Shown here: one piece after another, positions 36,151 to 48,090 of the stretch | How positions within the stretch are numbered: the stretch's first letter is position 1 | How the letters are laid out: the number at the start of each line of letters is the position of its first letter | Assembly (NCBI GenBank): GCA_013265495.1 | Contig: MU061579.1 | Location: 7,106,124-7,170,123, forward strand | Direction of reading: 5' to 3' | Origin: Vicugna vicugna | Lineage: Eukaryota | DNA: 64,000 nucleotides | The notes under the pieces: model-generated | What the model saw: the letters and a program-made list of their open reading frames with translations, nothing else | Told to the model about the DNA's origin: nothing | Databases searched by the model: none | Made by a program: the position numbers and the translations under genes

Positions 36151-38435
36151 CAAATGTTTTTCCTGCTCACATATATAAAGAAAGAAAAATCTTCTGTATC
36201 GCAGATGATAAACCACTCATTCTTAAAAAACAGGAAAGATGCTAGAGTTCCAGTATTAATTATTAGTGTGCTCATGAAATGTACAGATGCGTGAAATTGC
36301 GTTTAGGTTTTGTTGTTTTTTTTTTTTTTTTGGTCAAAGCTTATCCAGGTATAAAGTCTTGACAGAGAATTTCTAGAAATCACATTTACATGGCTACGTC
36401 ACCTGGAAGTTAGAGGGTAGTTTTGAAATTAACTGTGCGGGAAGAAGCATCTTAACTCATCCCATTATGCAGATGAGAGAGGAGCGAGCTACATACGGAC
36501 CATTTGGACTGGAGCTAGCTCTACAGGAAATGATCGAAATTGTGAAATTGCTGCTTGACTTCAAATGATTGTGTGGATCACTAAACACAGCCTTAATCTC
36601 TCCTTACATTTTACGATCCTGACAACTGTGTAAATCCAGTCTGCAGAGGGAAGGTCTAAAGGTGCAAAATAACGTAACAAAATGGCCCAGGTGTGCCCGC
36701 AGTTTCCCGAGAGAAAGGACGTGAAGGGCGAGGCCGCAGGCTGGACTGGGACAAGAGCTCCCTACCACTGTCACAGGGCTATTGAACATGCAGCCGTCTT
36801 CTTTCAGATACAGTTGTGACAACTGCATGCAAGGGTTTCTGTATAACAGAACATCCGGTTTTTAACCTATTTCCTGGGCTGCAAAAGAACACTTTTAATA
36901 AGAAACCACAATCTTTTCATGTCTTTTTGAAATGCCCATTTGTGCTGGGTGTAAAGAAGAGTTGCAGGAAAGGGCATTACAGATTCAGTCAAAACACCTG
37001 TTCATTTCTGTCATTGTACTAACAACAGTCTGTGCAATAGAAATCGGTTGTTCAGAAGCGTAAATTATTTCCTAGGCCCCTGCAGTAAATCTTAGTAGAA
37101 GGAAAGCTTTCTTGACTTGCCATCTATGGAATACGGATGACATCTGCCTTACTCTCATTCCTCCTCTGTCCTGTGTAAAACGCAGATAGATGACCAAATA
37201 CTCTGGGACAAACTGAATATTCCTGTCTTTGTGCTAAAATATTCCACAGATCTTAAGGGTGTCCAAAGGCTCTTATTGTCCCTGTGTGAAATTACTGTCT
37301 TACTTCTACTCACTCTATGTGTACATCCTTCTTGATCTGTCTCCCTTTCTGCCTAAGGACTCTTCGGAGCCTTTTCATAGTCTTATCTGTTTCAAAGCAG
37401 AAGCTGTGAAATGGTATTCGATGTTTTTTAAAAGCTACTTTACCTATTTAGAAGAAAATATTACATCCCAAAAGGGGAACGTGATTTTCTTCCTTCCATA
37501 TTCTCCTCATGGCATGTCCCTGGATAACTCTCCAAAGGGTGTCAGTAGTGATGGTTTGGTTTGGTTTGGTTTGGTTTGAAAGGGCCAGTGGTGACTTGTG
37601 TAGGCAGAATAATGAACAAGGAACTGACTTGCTTTCAGTCCAGCTCCACCTTGAACTCATCAACTATCCGTAGGTAGATCCTTAACCTCCCAAATGTATT
37701 GTTTTTGTAAACTGCAGAATAAAGGTAGTGATAGCTTCTGCTGTTGCCCTCATAGGGATGTTGGGGAGAAACATGAGAAAAAAGGAGCATGACATCTTAA
37801 TTGTTAATGCTAATGGAAGAAACAAAGTGATCTAACCTATAGGGAATCCAAGTCAACTGTATTTCACTTTGGAAAGCAATTTGACACATAAGCATACAGA
37901 GATGTGATTCAGATATAAACACCCCACTTGTTGGTGAAAGACTTTTTCAGTATGTTCCTCCTGGCCTAGCTACCAGCCGGGGAGGTGGAAGCTCAGAGAA
38001 GGCTCAGCCCATGTACAGATCACCTGGAGTAGATTGTATGAATCAGTGCTTTTTTTAGCTCTTCGAGGCAACACATTCTTATTCTTGTCCTTATCAGTTG
38101 GACCTCTGTGCTACACATTTCTCAGATAATATGCCTAGGTGGATTAAATGTAGTGTGTGAATGTTCTATGTAACAGCCAATAGAGTTTAACAAGTGACTT
38201 GAATGATTTTTTCCTAACTTGTTTGCAACTGATAGCTCATATTGAATGTTTTTATGTAAACTTTGTATTGTTGGGAAGAATTGCCCAATCAGAGATTTAT
38301 ATTTTCATAAATGTTACATTTAGTTAAATTTTGTTACAGAGTTGTTACACTAGAAAATTATTGCAGTCTTCAAACAATGTACAGTCTTGTGTATGTATTG
38401 TTTGTATGAATAAAAGATAAATGGCTTAGATTTGC
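36151..38435 (+). other. NWD2: NWD2 3'UTR (~2.3 kb; end approximate)
   Basis: Follows the stop codon and has a U-rich distal part ending in a well-formed poly(A) signal. Confidence 0.7.
37552..37578 (+). repeat. (TGGTT)5 pentanucleotide repeat in the NWD2 3'UTR
   Basis: Read directly. Confidence 0.9.
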
Positions 38436-38452
38436 ATGGTGTTTGTTTTTCT
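38378..38452 (+). terminator. Cleavage/polyadenylation signal of NWD2: AATAAA at 38409-38414
   Basis: Several upstream TGTA (CFIm-type) motifs, AATAAA, then a GU/U-rich downstream element (ggtgtttgtttttt) ~25-35 nt later. Confidence 0.75.
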
Positions 38453-38844
38453 CCTCCAACTTTGGCAGATGTAGTTAAGAGATCTTCAGTAAAAATAACA
38501 ATAATTATTCCTGTACATGAAGCATTTTTTTGGAGCTTTGCGTGTATTAAGCCACGCAATCTTCACAGCAGCCATATGAGGTAGGTACTGTATTCCAAAT
38601 GTACAGATGAAGAAACTAAAAACAGAGGAACAGATGGACAGGATTTCAATACACCACCAATGTCTTTTTTGTTAACTTCTGAAAGCACATAAAAATAAAG
38701 CTTTGAGCACCCAGTAGGCACTTAACTGATAATGACCTTTAAGATATTTTCTAACTTGCAGATTAGAGACCAGGCAAGGCTCTAAAGCTCACTGGAGGGC
38801 TTTGCAAACTCCCAGGGTTTTCAGGTATAACTGCAATAGCTGAA

Positions 38845-40140
38845 GTATTCATTCAGCAAATATTTACTTGGTCAATGCATTTTGCCAGGAATACAGAGGT
38901 TGATAAAATAGGTTATACCTTCTAGGATATCACAGTCTTATAACAGGAAACAGGACACAAGCTCTCTGTGTGAGTGCCAGGGCTGTGTGCTTCCCTCTGG
39001 GGCTTGGGGCAGAGGTGGGAAGGAGAGTCACCCAGAGGTTGACCTACTCATGAACTGCCTGCAGGTGAGAGAGCAGGGCCAAGGGGGAAGCTTCCCATAT
39101 GCACTTTTGTTTTTCCCTTGTTGCCTCTGGAATCTCAGAATTCCCCACACACACACATACCAAAAAAAAATATTTTTAATCAAAGGAGTAATGGAGAACT
39201 TAAGTGATGATAACTAGGAAATAACCAGGTGAAATCTTGTATCTAGTTTCATGAAACATCTTCAGAGAAACTTAAAATCAGATTTTTAAAAAATTGAAGA
39301 AATTATCTGTTGGGTTTGATCTTCACGTGGCTGAGACTGACTTCTGTTTAAAATGTACTCCCTTTGAAAACAATCCCATTACCCATGCTGGGGAATTCCT
39401 TCTTGGATTCTGCTCCAAATTCTTGAGTTTGAAGTTTACACTTTCTTTTCTTTCGGTTCTCAGAGAAAATGTAGAGGAAGGGATCACCCTTATTTGCATA
39501 AAAGCACTTCATACGCGTGAAGTCTGCTGTTTAATAAAATATCTGCTTTCCTAGGGGCAAGAGCACAACAAACACTGCTTGCTATGTCCAAGGCATTATG
39601 CTATGCCTAGGATGAAAAGTCAGCCATGCACACCCCCTGCCCTCCAGAATCCTACCATCTAAAGGAGGCAACTAAATTAGAGGTAAGACAGACTGTGATT
39701 TAAAAAAAAGAAAGAAAGAAAGTTGTTAATAAAAGTGATAGATAGATGCTGAGGATATACTGCAGAGGAGCAATAACTCTAACCGGGAATCAAAAAGGAT
39801 GGCCTAGAGGAGATGACAGAGCAGAGTCTTGAAGGATAAACAGGATTTAGCTGTCAGAATGTCAGAAAGACATTTCTCAAGTGGAGGAAGCTATGTGAGC
39901 AAAAACAGAGTGAGACAAAGGACATTTGGATGACTTCAGATGCTACGTGGAGATATTACATTTTATCTGGTAGCCAAGAGGGAATCATGAAAAAGTTTTT
40001 GAGAAGGGGAGTGGTCTACTTGAATGGTATTCTAGAATGACTGGGGCAGTACTATGTCAGATGGACTAGAGATGGGAGAGACAAGAAGCTGGGAGGCCAG
40101 TAAAGAGACTATTGCAAAGATCTGAGATAGAAAGTCTAAG
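38845..40140 (-). mobile_element. Fragmented L2 downstream of NWD2
   Basis: attcattcagcaaatatttact; gagcagagtcttgaaggataaacagga; gggaggccagtaaagagactattgc. Confidence 0.6.
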
Positions 40141-40145
40141 AACTT

Positions 40146-40246
40146 TTTTTTCTTTTTCTTTCTTTTTTTTTTAATTTGGTTTTTTTAATTGAAGTGTAGT
40201 TGATTTACAGTGTTAGTTTTAGCAAAGCAATTCAATTAAGAACGTA
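40146..40246 (-). mobile_element. Very short L1 3' end with 9-bp TSD TAAGAACTT
   Basis: Long T tract plus ttaattgaagtgtagttgatttacag; TSD at 40137-40145 and 40247-40255. Confidence 0.7.
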
Positions 40247-41124
40247 TAAGAACTTCACCTTAGGGCAGTGGCAGTGAAATTGCTAACAGGAGTGACTTCA
40301 GGACTTCACTGATAGAGGTGGGTGACAAAAGGGACACTCAGATAATTCCAGTTCCAATTGAAATCAGGCAGAGAGTACAATGACGAATGTAAAATGAGTA
40401 GGTTACAAGATGAATATGAGGGAAATGATAAAGTTGGACCCAGAGAGTTTAAAAGTTAAGACACCCACGTGGGCAATTGTAAGTAGACTATCCATACAAT
40501 GGACAAATCTGAGCTAAGGATAAAGAATCCAACCAGTTCTCTCTTTCTCAAAAATCTAAAATGCCTAATACGGCGCTTTTTTGGTTATAATGTAAGCCAA
40601 TACTATAACCTTTTTAAAAGTTTATCTCTTCTTCAGAATGGAGTTTCGAGTCCTCAGAAATGTTCACCAGATAAAACAGAACTCTCAACTTTTAGGCTGT
40701 GCATTTATTTCAGTCAACAGAATCACACTGACAAATTCAGAACTATATTGAAAAATCCACTAATTTGTTATTAGCTTTCCTGTCTTCCATGATTCATATG
40801 CCAATGAAAACCGAAACACACCCAAAAACCTAAGTGAATCATGGCATTTCATATCCACATGCATAAAGAAACCATAGGTTTTTCTTCTGTATTTTTATGG
40901 AGGTCCCCTCCGAGCTCCCTTTGGCATTCCACATAACCTGCATGAAGTACAGATTACACTTCATACAGACCCATCAGAAGGTTCAGTTTCCGTGTAGGAA
41001 AAACATGACAAGTTATGTAACACTGGTAATCTGAGGTTACCAGTAACACCAACACCTCTGGCTTTACAGAACTCCAGCCTTTAGTAGATGAGGGTAACTT
41101 AGCCAGCTGCTTGAACATGCTCAG

Positions 41125-41300
41125 GGCAGTGGTTTGCAAACTAGAACGTGCACTGTTTGTTAAAATGCAGATTATTTCACCCTCCCTGCCCCAGCTGTTT
41201 CTACATGGATATGTCCTGGGCAGAACCCAAGAATCTGTATTTTTACTAAATTCCTCCAGATGATGCTGATTCTGCTAGTCTGGGGGTTACACTTTAAAAC
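41125..41300. mobile_element. MER5A-like MITE
   Basis: cagtggtttgcaaact...gttaaaatgcagatt...gaatctgtattttt...cactttaaaaccc. Confidence 0.7.
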
Positions 41301-42449
41301 CCAAGATAAATACCAGTCTTTTTGGTCAGAATAACCTAACTGATAAACATACCAGTATCTTGTGGACATTACTAGAAGTTAGACAGGAGGGTCCTTTGTT
41401 GTGACAGAAGGTTTTATGAGAAAGTGGTGTAAAACGGCATATAACGTCCCTCATCAATCGATCATGTTCACGCATGCAGCTACTGCACAAGCGGGAAGAT
41501 TTAAAAACCGAGTTTTCCTCCATAAAGCGTGGCAAATATCGCCGTGTTAAATGGCGCCAGAATCACTGGCACACATTAAGAACTAAGGGCAGAACGTCCA
41601 CTTTCAATAGTATCCTGCCCTGTTGCTTCTCCAGCATCCTGTTTTGTACCCTGACTCTCCCTGAATGGATGAAGGGGAGAGGAGAGGACAAGCTAGGTGG
41701 CGCCGTTGCTTAACACATTTTCCTGTCAAGCCCAACACTGACGCACTAGGGCGCACAGGTGCAAAGAATTTCCAACCCTTGAGTGCTGTTTTAGAGTAAA
41801 GCAACCAGCTCACCACTCACCTGAGGTGCTGCAACAAGCACGGGCGTGGAGCTCAGGAGGGTGGCCGCAGTGTGGCGGCCAAGGTTCCAACACTCCCGGA
41901 AAAGAGAGGGAAGTTGTGGGTCGGGGAAGCCTGACTTCGCTGAACTCCCACTGTGGTCTTGGGGTGCAGCGTGTGCCACGTCCCTGGGAATTCTCACCTG
42001 GTGGCGTCTGCGCTCTTGCCCAGATCATCCCGCCCATAAAGGCAGGCGGACAGTGCGCACAATGGGTGTGAATGGCTAAGGCCAGAGCTGAGGAGGAAAC
42101 AGAAACACAAGTCCACAGGGCTGAGGGGTGGGGGGCAGATCTCTTTGCCAGGGAGAGCACTTATTTATCTCCTCCACTTACGTCCTGAATCCAAGGAAAA
42201 GCACGACGGAGAAGCGGGCAGCAAAACGTTCCCCAGCGCGGGCGGGCGGGCGGCTGGCACGCAGCCTGGGCGTCGGCGGTAGAGGCCGAGCCCCGGGGTG
42301 CTCTTCGGTGCGCGCCGCTGGCCGGCGCGGTCTCCGGGGCCCCCGCGCGGCGCGGGGCGCGCAGGTAAAGGGTTACGCGGGCCCGGGAGGCTCGCCCGCC
42401 GGCCGGGCCACGTGACACGCCGGCCCAATGACGGCGCCGGGGCGGCCGC

Positions 42450-42570
42450 TGCGAGCGCGGCGGGTCCGGGCGGCGCTGAGCCGCTGGCGTTTCCCGGCGC
42501 GGCCGCCCGAGGCCGGCGAAGCCATGGGCGCCGCGACCCCGCCGCCGCCGCCGCCGCCGCCCGGCCCCAG
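42450..42570 (+). other. First exon of the downstream gene, probably C4orf19/PGCKA1 (start approximate; donor CAG|gtaggg at 42570/42571)
   Basis: Lies downstream of the E-box/CCAAT in the CpG island and has a 5' splice site. Gene identity rests only on recalled mammalian synteny (NWD2-C4orf19-RELL1). Confidence 0.6.
42539..42560 (+). repeat. (CCG)7 trinucleotide repeat in the CpG-island exon
   Basis: Read directly. Confidence 0.95.
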
Positions 42571-45500
42571 GTAGGGACCGTCTCTCGCCCCGCGCGCCGG
42601 GGGCACAGGGGCTTGACTCCCGCGGAACTTGGCTTTGTGGCATCAGTTCCCCCACTTTTCTCGCCGTGCATTTTTATTCCCCTATTTCCTTTTGCCGTGA
42701 AAAAAGAAGGAACGAAAAAAGCTGTGGGGGGTGGTGATGGTGAAGCAATTCTCAGTCTGACTGCTTCGGAGAAGTCTGGTCGTTCAACAGAGGCACAGAC
42801 AGAGGGGCAAAATCCAATGTGGAGTGGGATGGGGAACTTCTACAAATTCCCCCAAACTAAAGACCAAGACAGTGTGTAAGGCTTTGCCCCGAATTTGTAT
42901 GAAACACTTTTGTTTTAAAATCTCTGATCAGTGAACTTTCAACCGTGTCTGAGAACTTGAATTGGGAAAACTGCAAGAGATTTTCGTCTTATTTCTAACT
43001 GTCGCCCTCCCACCGCCCCCCTTATTTTTAAGCATCTGGGTGTTTTTAAGTAAAACGGACATGGAAGGTGACCGCCGCTGTTTCTTTGAAATGTCCTTGG
43101 GTCCCAGGATGTGCTCCCCTTGGGATGCTGGCGCCTTGGGTGGCGATGAGTGGGGTGAGGGTAGAGGGTGCAGTGCTAAGAAGTGGCACGCACGTGTTGA
43201 AGGGTCACAAAAACTGCTGAATATCTGATAGTTGGGGAGGCACCTCCCAGGTCGATTACGTGGGTCTCATTGACCTTGGCAGTCCGGATGAGTGTGAGAT
43301 TTTCACAAACCACCACTGAACAATTTTTCCAATGATACAAGACAGAAATCAGTGTGTTTTTTTCCCTCCAGCGCCATAATTAACCTTAAAAACAAAACAA
43401 AAACTTTCTTTAGTAATTCAGTACATTCTATTTTCCATTGTGGTATAGATGTTTGCCCAATGAATTTAGAGGAAGTCAGTGTTCCATGAGGTGTTCAAAT
43501 CATTAAAGAACAGGGTATTTATTTTCTCCCTGTCACTGTGAGAATTACTGATGGCGCATCTCACCTTGGCTTATGGATGTTCCTGGGTGATTATAAACAA
43601 GCTATTTAAGAAACATTTGAGAGTTGAATGAGAAAGGAATGGCAGCTGGTTGCTGCTTTTAAAGACAACAGATTCTTTATTTGCCACTCATTCCCACATT
43701 TACACCTCCAGGTAACACTATTTTAAGGAGACACGTTAAAGTCTTCTAAGGCTAAACACCTGTGTCTATAGAACACCTGAACAGTCATGAGGTCGATCAC
43801 TGAAACCATGACAAAGCTCTGAAGGTAGAGTTCTGGGGTTATTTGTATTTCTCTTGAGTGTGAAGAGTCAGTTATGGGAAGCTGCCTTGATCACAGAGGC
43901 CAAATGGCACAGACAGAGATAGAAGGAGGCAGGGTTTTGGCTTCTTTTTCTTCTTAGCTCACTCTGTGTACATTCAGATCCTGTTCTTTGATTCAGCAAG
44001 TATGGGATAGGCGCCTGTCTCATAGCATCTGGCCCCAGGGCCTGGTCCTCAAAGGTTCTCAAGATTTAGCTGGGTAGTGACATCTAAAGATCAACATGGC
44101 TGATCTCAGCTATGTTCTAAGAGCTTCTGCATATCTGGAATTTAGAACAAAACAGTAACTTGCAAACCCACTAAATATATATATTAGCCTAGGAATGGAA
44201 TGACCCCCCTCACTTCCCACCTAGTCCTTGTCTGAACCTGGAAACACAACCAGGCTAAGCTCTGGCCCGAATCCAGTCCCAGCCCAAGGGCAGAGCAGCT
44301 ACTGCCCTCTTTGCTCCAGGAACTGCCCCGCCCTTGGTGCCCCAAGAGCCCAATGATTGCACTTCCAGGAATGAACTCCAGTTTCCAAATAACTGAATAC
44401 CAACTTCCTGGTAGCTGAGTTTTCTCCACCTGGACTATTTCAAATTCCCCTAGTTCCACAATTTTTTTCAATAACCCAGAATTGTGGGCTCTTTTTGGTT
44501 CTTGGTTAAATAGTACCTAGCTCCTGCTCTTTTTTCTTCTTCCTTTTTTGTGGTGTTAGATGATCTGGTTGCAGGTAGACTTACTACGTATCTAGAAAAG
44601 AGGAGTCGATAGGCTCATCCTGGGGGAGGGCAGACTTGAGCCCTGGCCATCTGCAGGTCAAATGGGTCACCCCAATATAGCCTTTCTTAGTCTGGTTATT
44701 ACCCGAGTGCTGTTTAAGAAAATAAAATGAAAATCAAATCTTTTGTCTACTCGGTGCGCCCTTCTCACCTGAGAATGTCATGTTCCCACAGAGATTGGAA
44801 TCTTTGAAAGAACCATGTATCATCAAAATGGCCCTATCCTAAAGCATGCTTGTAACACACCCTTCAAGTGAATATGTGTCCTGAAGCAGATACTTAAAAG
44901 AACTCAAAATACTGACTCAGTGTCATCAAGCATCTGAGAAGAGACACACCAGAGCTGCAGTGAATAGTATTAACATGAGACAAAGGGAGTATCATGTCTC
45001 AAATTTTACCATGAGCAGTGAACTCTGTTCTATTCCAGGTACAGGTGGCTCTCTAAAATTAAATGCCCTCGCCTTAGAGGCATGTTTGTAGACACTTGGC
45101 CAGTGCTAAGGACACAGTCCTTGCCTTCAGGGATCTTCCAGTCTTCAGAGAAGCCCTTGGAGGATTTTCAGCAGAGCAGGTTTGTGTTTCAGGAAGTTCA
45201 CTCCAGCTGCGATGAGAAGAGGGAAATGGGGAAGATACAAGCAAGGCAGCTGCTGTAAAAATCCACACGAGAGGAGAGAGAGGAGTGAATTGATTCCAAA
45301 GATACTTAGGCAAAGGTGGTGTGTAAAATATTAACTCAAAGAAAATATTAGATGACTCAAGTCTCTGAAGCTCATTTACATGTCATTTCAAAATACACTT
45401 GTTCCAGGTAGATAACCATAAGCCACATCTCATCGCAATGCTGTCCCTACTGACTGTACTTACTCTCGGGCCCCACATCGTTTGTTTCTATCACAGAAAA

Positions 45501-46509
45501 GAGGTTTTGATAAAGAATGAGCCAATGTTTTTTTTTCATGCTTTCAATACCCTGGTGCTTCTTTATGTAGACTTGAATATGTGCATCTGAAAACAAAGTT
45601 AAGGTAAACTCTTATCCTCGTATTCTACATACATTCCCTGATTTAGCACAATTCCTCCCTGAAATAAAAATATCCTAACTTTTGATTGTGCAGCAGTAAT
45701 GTCAGTGGGCAGTAGAACAGTTTGTTGTTATTGTTTGTTTGCTTGTTTGCTTGTTTTGGTTGGCCACAGTGTGGCCTGCTGGATGTCACAGGGAAGACTG
45801 GATTATGTTCACAGGGTACAGTATTAGAGGCTGCATTCATGGTATGTAAGAAGCACCGATGCCTGTGAGAGAAGAAAAGCCACCCTAGTTACTGCCACAT
45901 GTATAGCTTTTTAATACAATATGTATTTGGATATATTCATTGTGCACTTGTTTATTTGTTCCAGAGTGAATCTGTACATGAAGGAATTTCAAAACGTTTT
46001 AAATTTTGGTGTTAAATCTTTCTCCCCCCATTTGCTAACTGACTACATATCTTGGGTCATTTATGTGTGATTAAGTGCAGAGTTGATGTGGACTTTACAG
46101 CTATAAGACAGTATCCTCCTTATGTGGTGATCAGACTGCCCAACCTCAGTCCTTCAGAATATTTACTGCAACCTAGAAATAAATAAAAGAAGTCCACGTG
46201 CACCTGCAAATAGTAAAGAGCTACAGACTTGGATTCTCATTAGAACTTACAAGGCATCAGTTTTTGATTGCTAATGAGCTTGGCTGTCTGGGTTCCTGGC
46301 CCACAGCAAGGAGATCCACTTTATAAGTTCAGTGCATGGCTGTTAGGATAAATATGAAATGTAGTGACAACCAACTGCTCAGCAGGGAAGGCAATACCCA
46401 GAAGGTTGACTGTGACTAAATTCTAAGTCTGTAAGAAAATAAAAGTTGGGTTCAGAACTATCTGTTAGCAAGGAAATAAGTATTACATTTTGGAAAAATG
46501 GATTCTAGT

Positions 46510-46690
46510 CCTTTTTAGAGCTAGAAAAGGACCTTAAAAGTCATTTGGTCTAACCACCTTAATTTACAGATGAGGAAACTGAGGCTCAAAGAGGTTAAAT
46601 GATGTCTCCAAGGTCACATAGCTGCTAACTGGATAAGTTACTGGGACCAGAATCTATGAGTCCCAATTTCCAGTTCAGCCGTCTTCCTAC
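46510..46690 (-). mobile_element. MIR SINE
   Basis: tttacagatgaggaaactgaggctcaaagaggttaaatga...ccaaggtcaca. Confidence 0.85.
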
Positions 46691-46819
46691 TCCCATCCAA
46701 AAAGTGGAAATTTTAGTGATATGGAAAATTCATTATCTTTTGATGTACCTTTTCCCTCAAATATTATAATAGCCATATATGTAATACATAAAAATATAAA
46801 TATTATTATTTACATACAT

Positions 46820-47318
46820 AGTATCAGTTATCTGTTGCTGTGTAACAAACAACCCCCCCAAACATAATGGCTTAAAACAACCACCATTTATTTAGTCTAT
46901 GACTTTGTGGATCAGCAGTTTTGGCCTGGCCAATCTACTGGTCTTGTCCAGGCTCCCTTACGCATCTGTGGTAACCAGGGTGGCTCTGTCTCTGGGTGTT
47001 GGCTGACTGTTGGCTGAGTCCACCAGGAAGCAGCTGGGCCTCATGCCCTCCATCACTGGACAGGCAGGCCTGGGCTTGTTCATGTGTCAGCTCAGCATGG
47101 TTGTAAGCAGGAGCACAGGAGCAAGGCTCCTTAAGGTCTAGACTGAAATGGACACAAGTTGCTTCTCCTCCAGGGTTAGCACATCAAGAGGTCAGTCCAG
47201 ATGCAAGGGGTGGAGAAACAGACTCCACCTTTTGATGGGAGGAACTGCAGAGTCATCGGAGAATGGCATGGGTTCAGGGAAGAGTGGAGAGTTGTGGTCA
47301 TTTTTGCAGTCTACCACG
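46820..47318 (-). mobile_element. MLT1 (F/G-like) MaLR solo LTR
   Basis: gttatctgttgctgtgtaacaaac...ggcttaaaacaaccaccattta...tgtggtcatttttgcagtctaccac. Confidence 0.8.
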
Positions 47319-47924
47319 TTGGCAGAGTACTTTATGTAACTTACCTGATTCTCACAAAGACACTAGAGATTAAGGTGGAATTCCTATTTTACAGGTGAAG
47401 TAATTGAAACGCAGATATATTAGTCTGCATTAGGCAGGGGATGCAGCTGGTGAGTGATGGAACCAGCATTTGCACTCATACCTGTCCCAAAGCCTGTGTC
47501 TGTAACCACGACGCAGTTCTGCCTCTGTCCCTGTGTACGGTGCTGCAGAGAAGGGTGGTATTAAGCATCATAAACTCAGAGTTTTGTATGAACAAAATTT
47601 AACTTTAAGAATCCTTTTTCTCGATTTATGTGCTAAAAGAAATAAAGTCAGATAAGATTAAGAGTAAAGAGAAATAAAGTGGGTTATCAGAGAAGCATAA
47701 CAGGGGACAAAATGATGAGCTTAGGGGAGCCAAGGGAAAGACAGATTTGAATGGCATAGTATCTATTTATTACTATCTCAAAAGATCCTCCCATCATTTA
47801 TATAAAATAGGTAACATTCCCACTATTTTATTTGCCTGATGGAGATTACATTTAAACCCATGTCTGTATGTCTCCAAAAACTACCCCCGCCCCATTTTTT
47901 TCCCCCAGTGAGCCAATAGACTTT

Positions 47925-48090
47925 GCTCCTTGAAGTGGGGTCCATGGACCAGCAGCATGGTGGTCACCTGGAAGCTGATTAGAATTGCAGCATCTTGCCC
48001 CAACCTCAGATCTATTGAATCTGAATCTGCATTTTAACAAGATCCTCAGATGATTCATAAGCACAGTGAATTCTGAGAAGCACTGCACTA
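47925..48090. mobile_element. MER5A MITE
   Basis: gtccatggaccagcagcat...gaatctgcattttaacaagatcctcagatgattc...gagaagcactg. Confidence 0.82.

Larger units (their letters stand above)
42200..42625. promoter_or_regulatory. CpG island promoter with GC boxes, E-box (42409-42414) and CCAAT box (42425-42429)
   Basis: Very high GC and CpG density; (GGGC)3GG at 42240-42253; GCCACGTGAC; CCAAT. CpG-retaining shore from ~41430. Confidence 0.92.

Noticed and set aside
32462..36216. Overlapping alternative-frame and antisense ORFs within the NWD2 terminal exon
   Set aside because: Expected shadows of a long GC3-rich coding sequence; no independent signals.
41791..42879. Multiple long Arg/Ala/Pro/Gly-rich ORFs on both strands
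   Set aside because: Explained by stop-codon scarcity in the CpG island.
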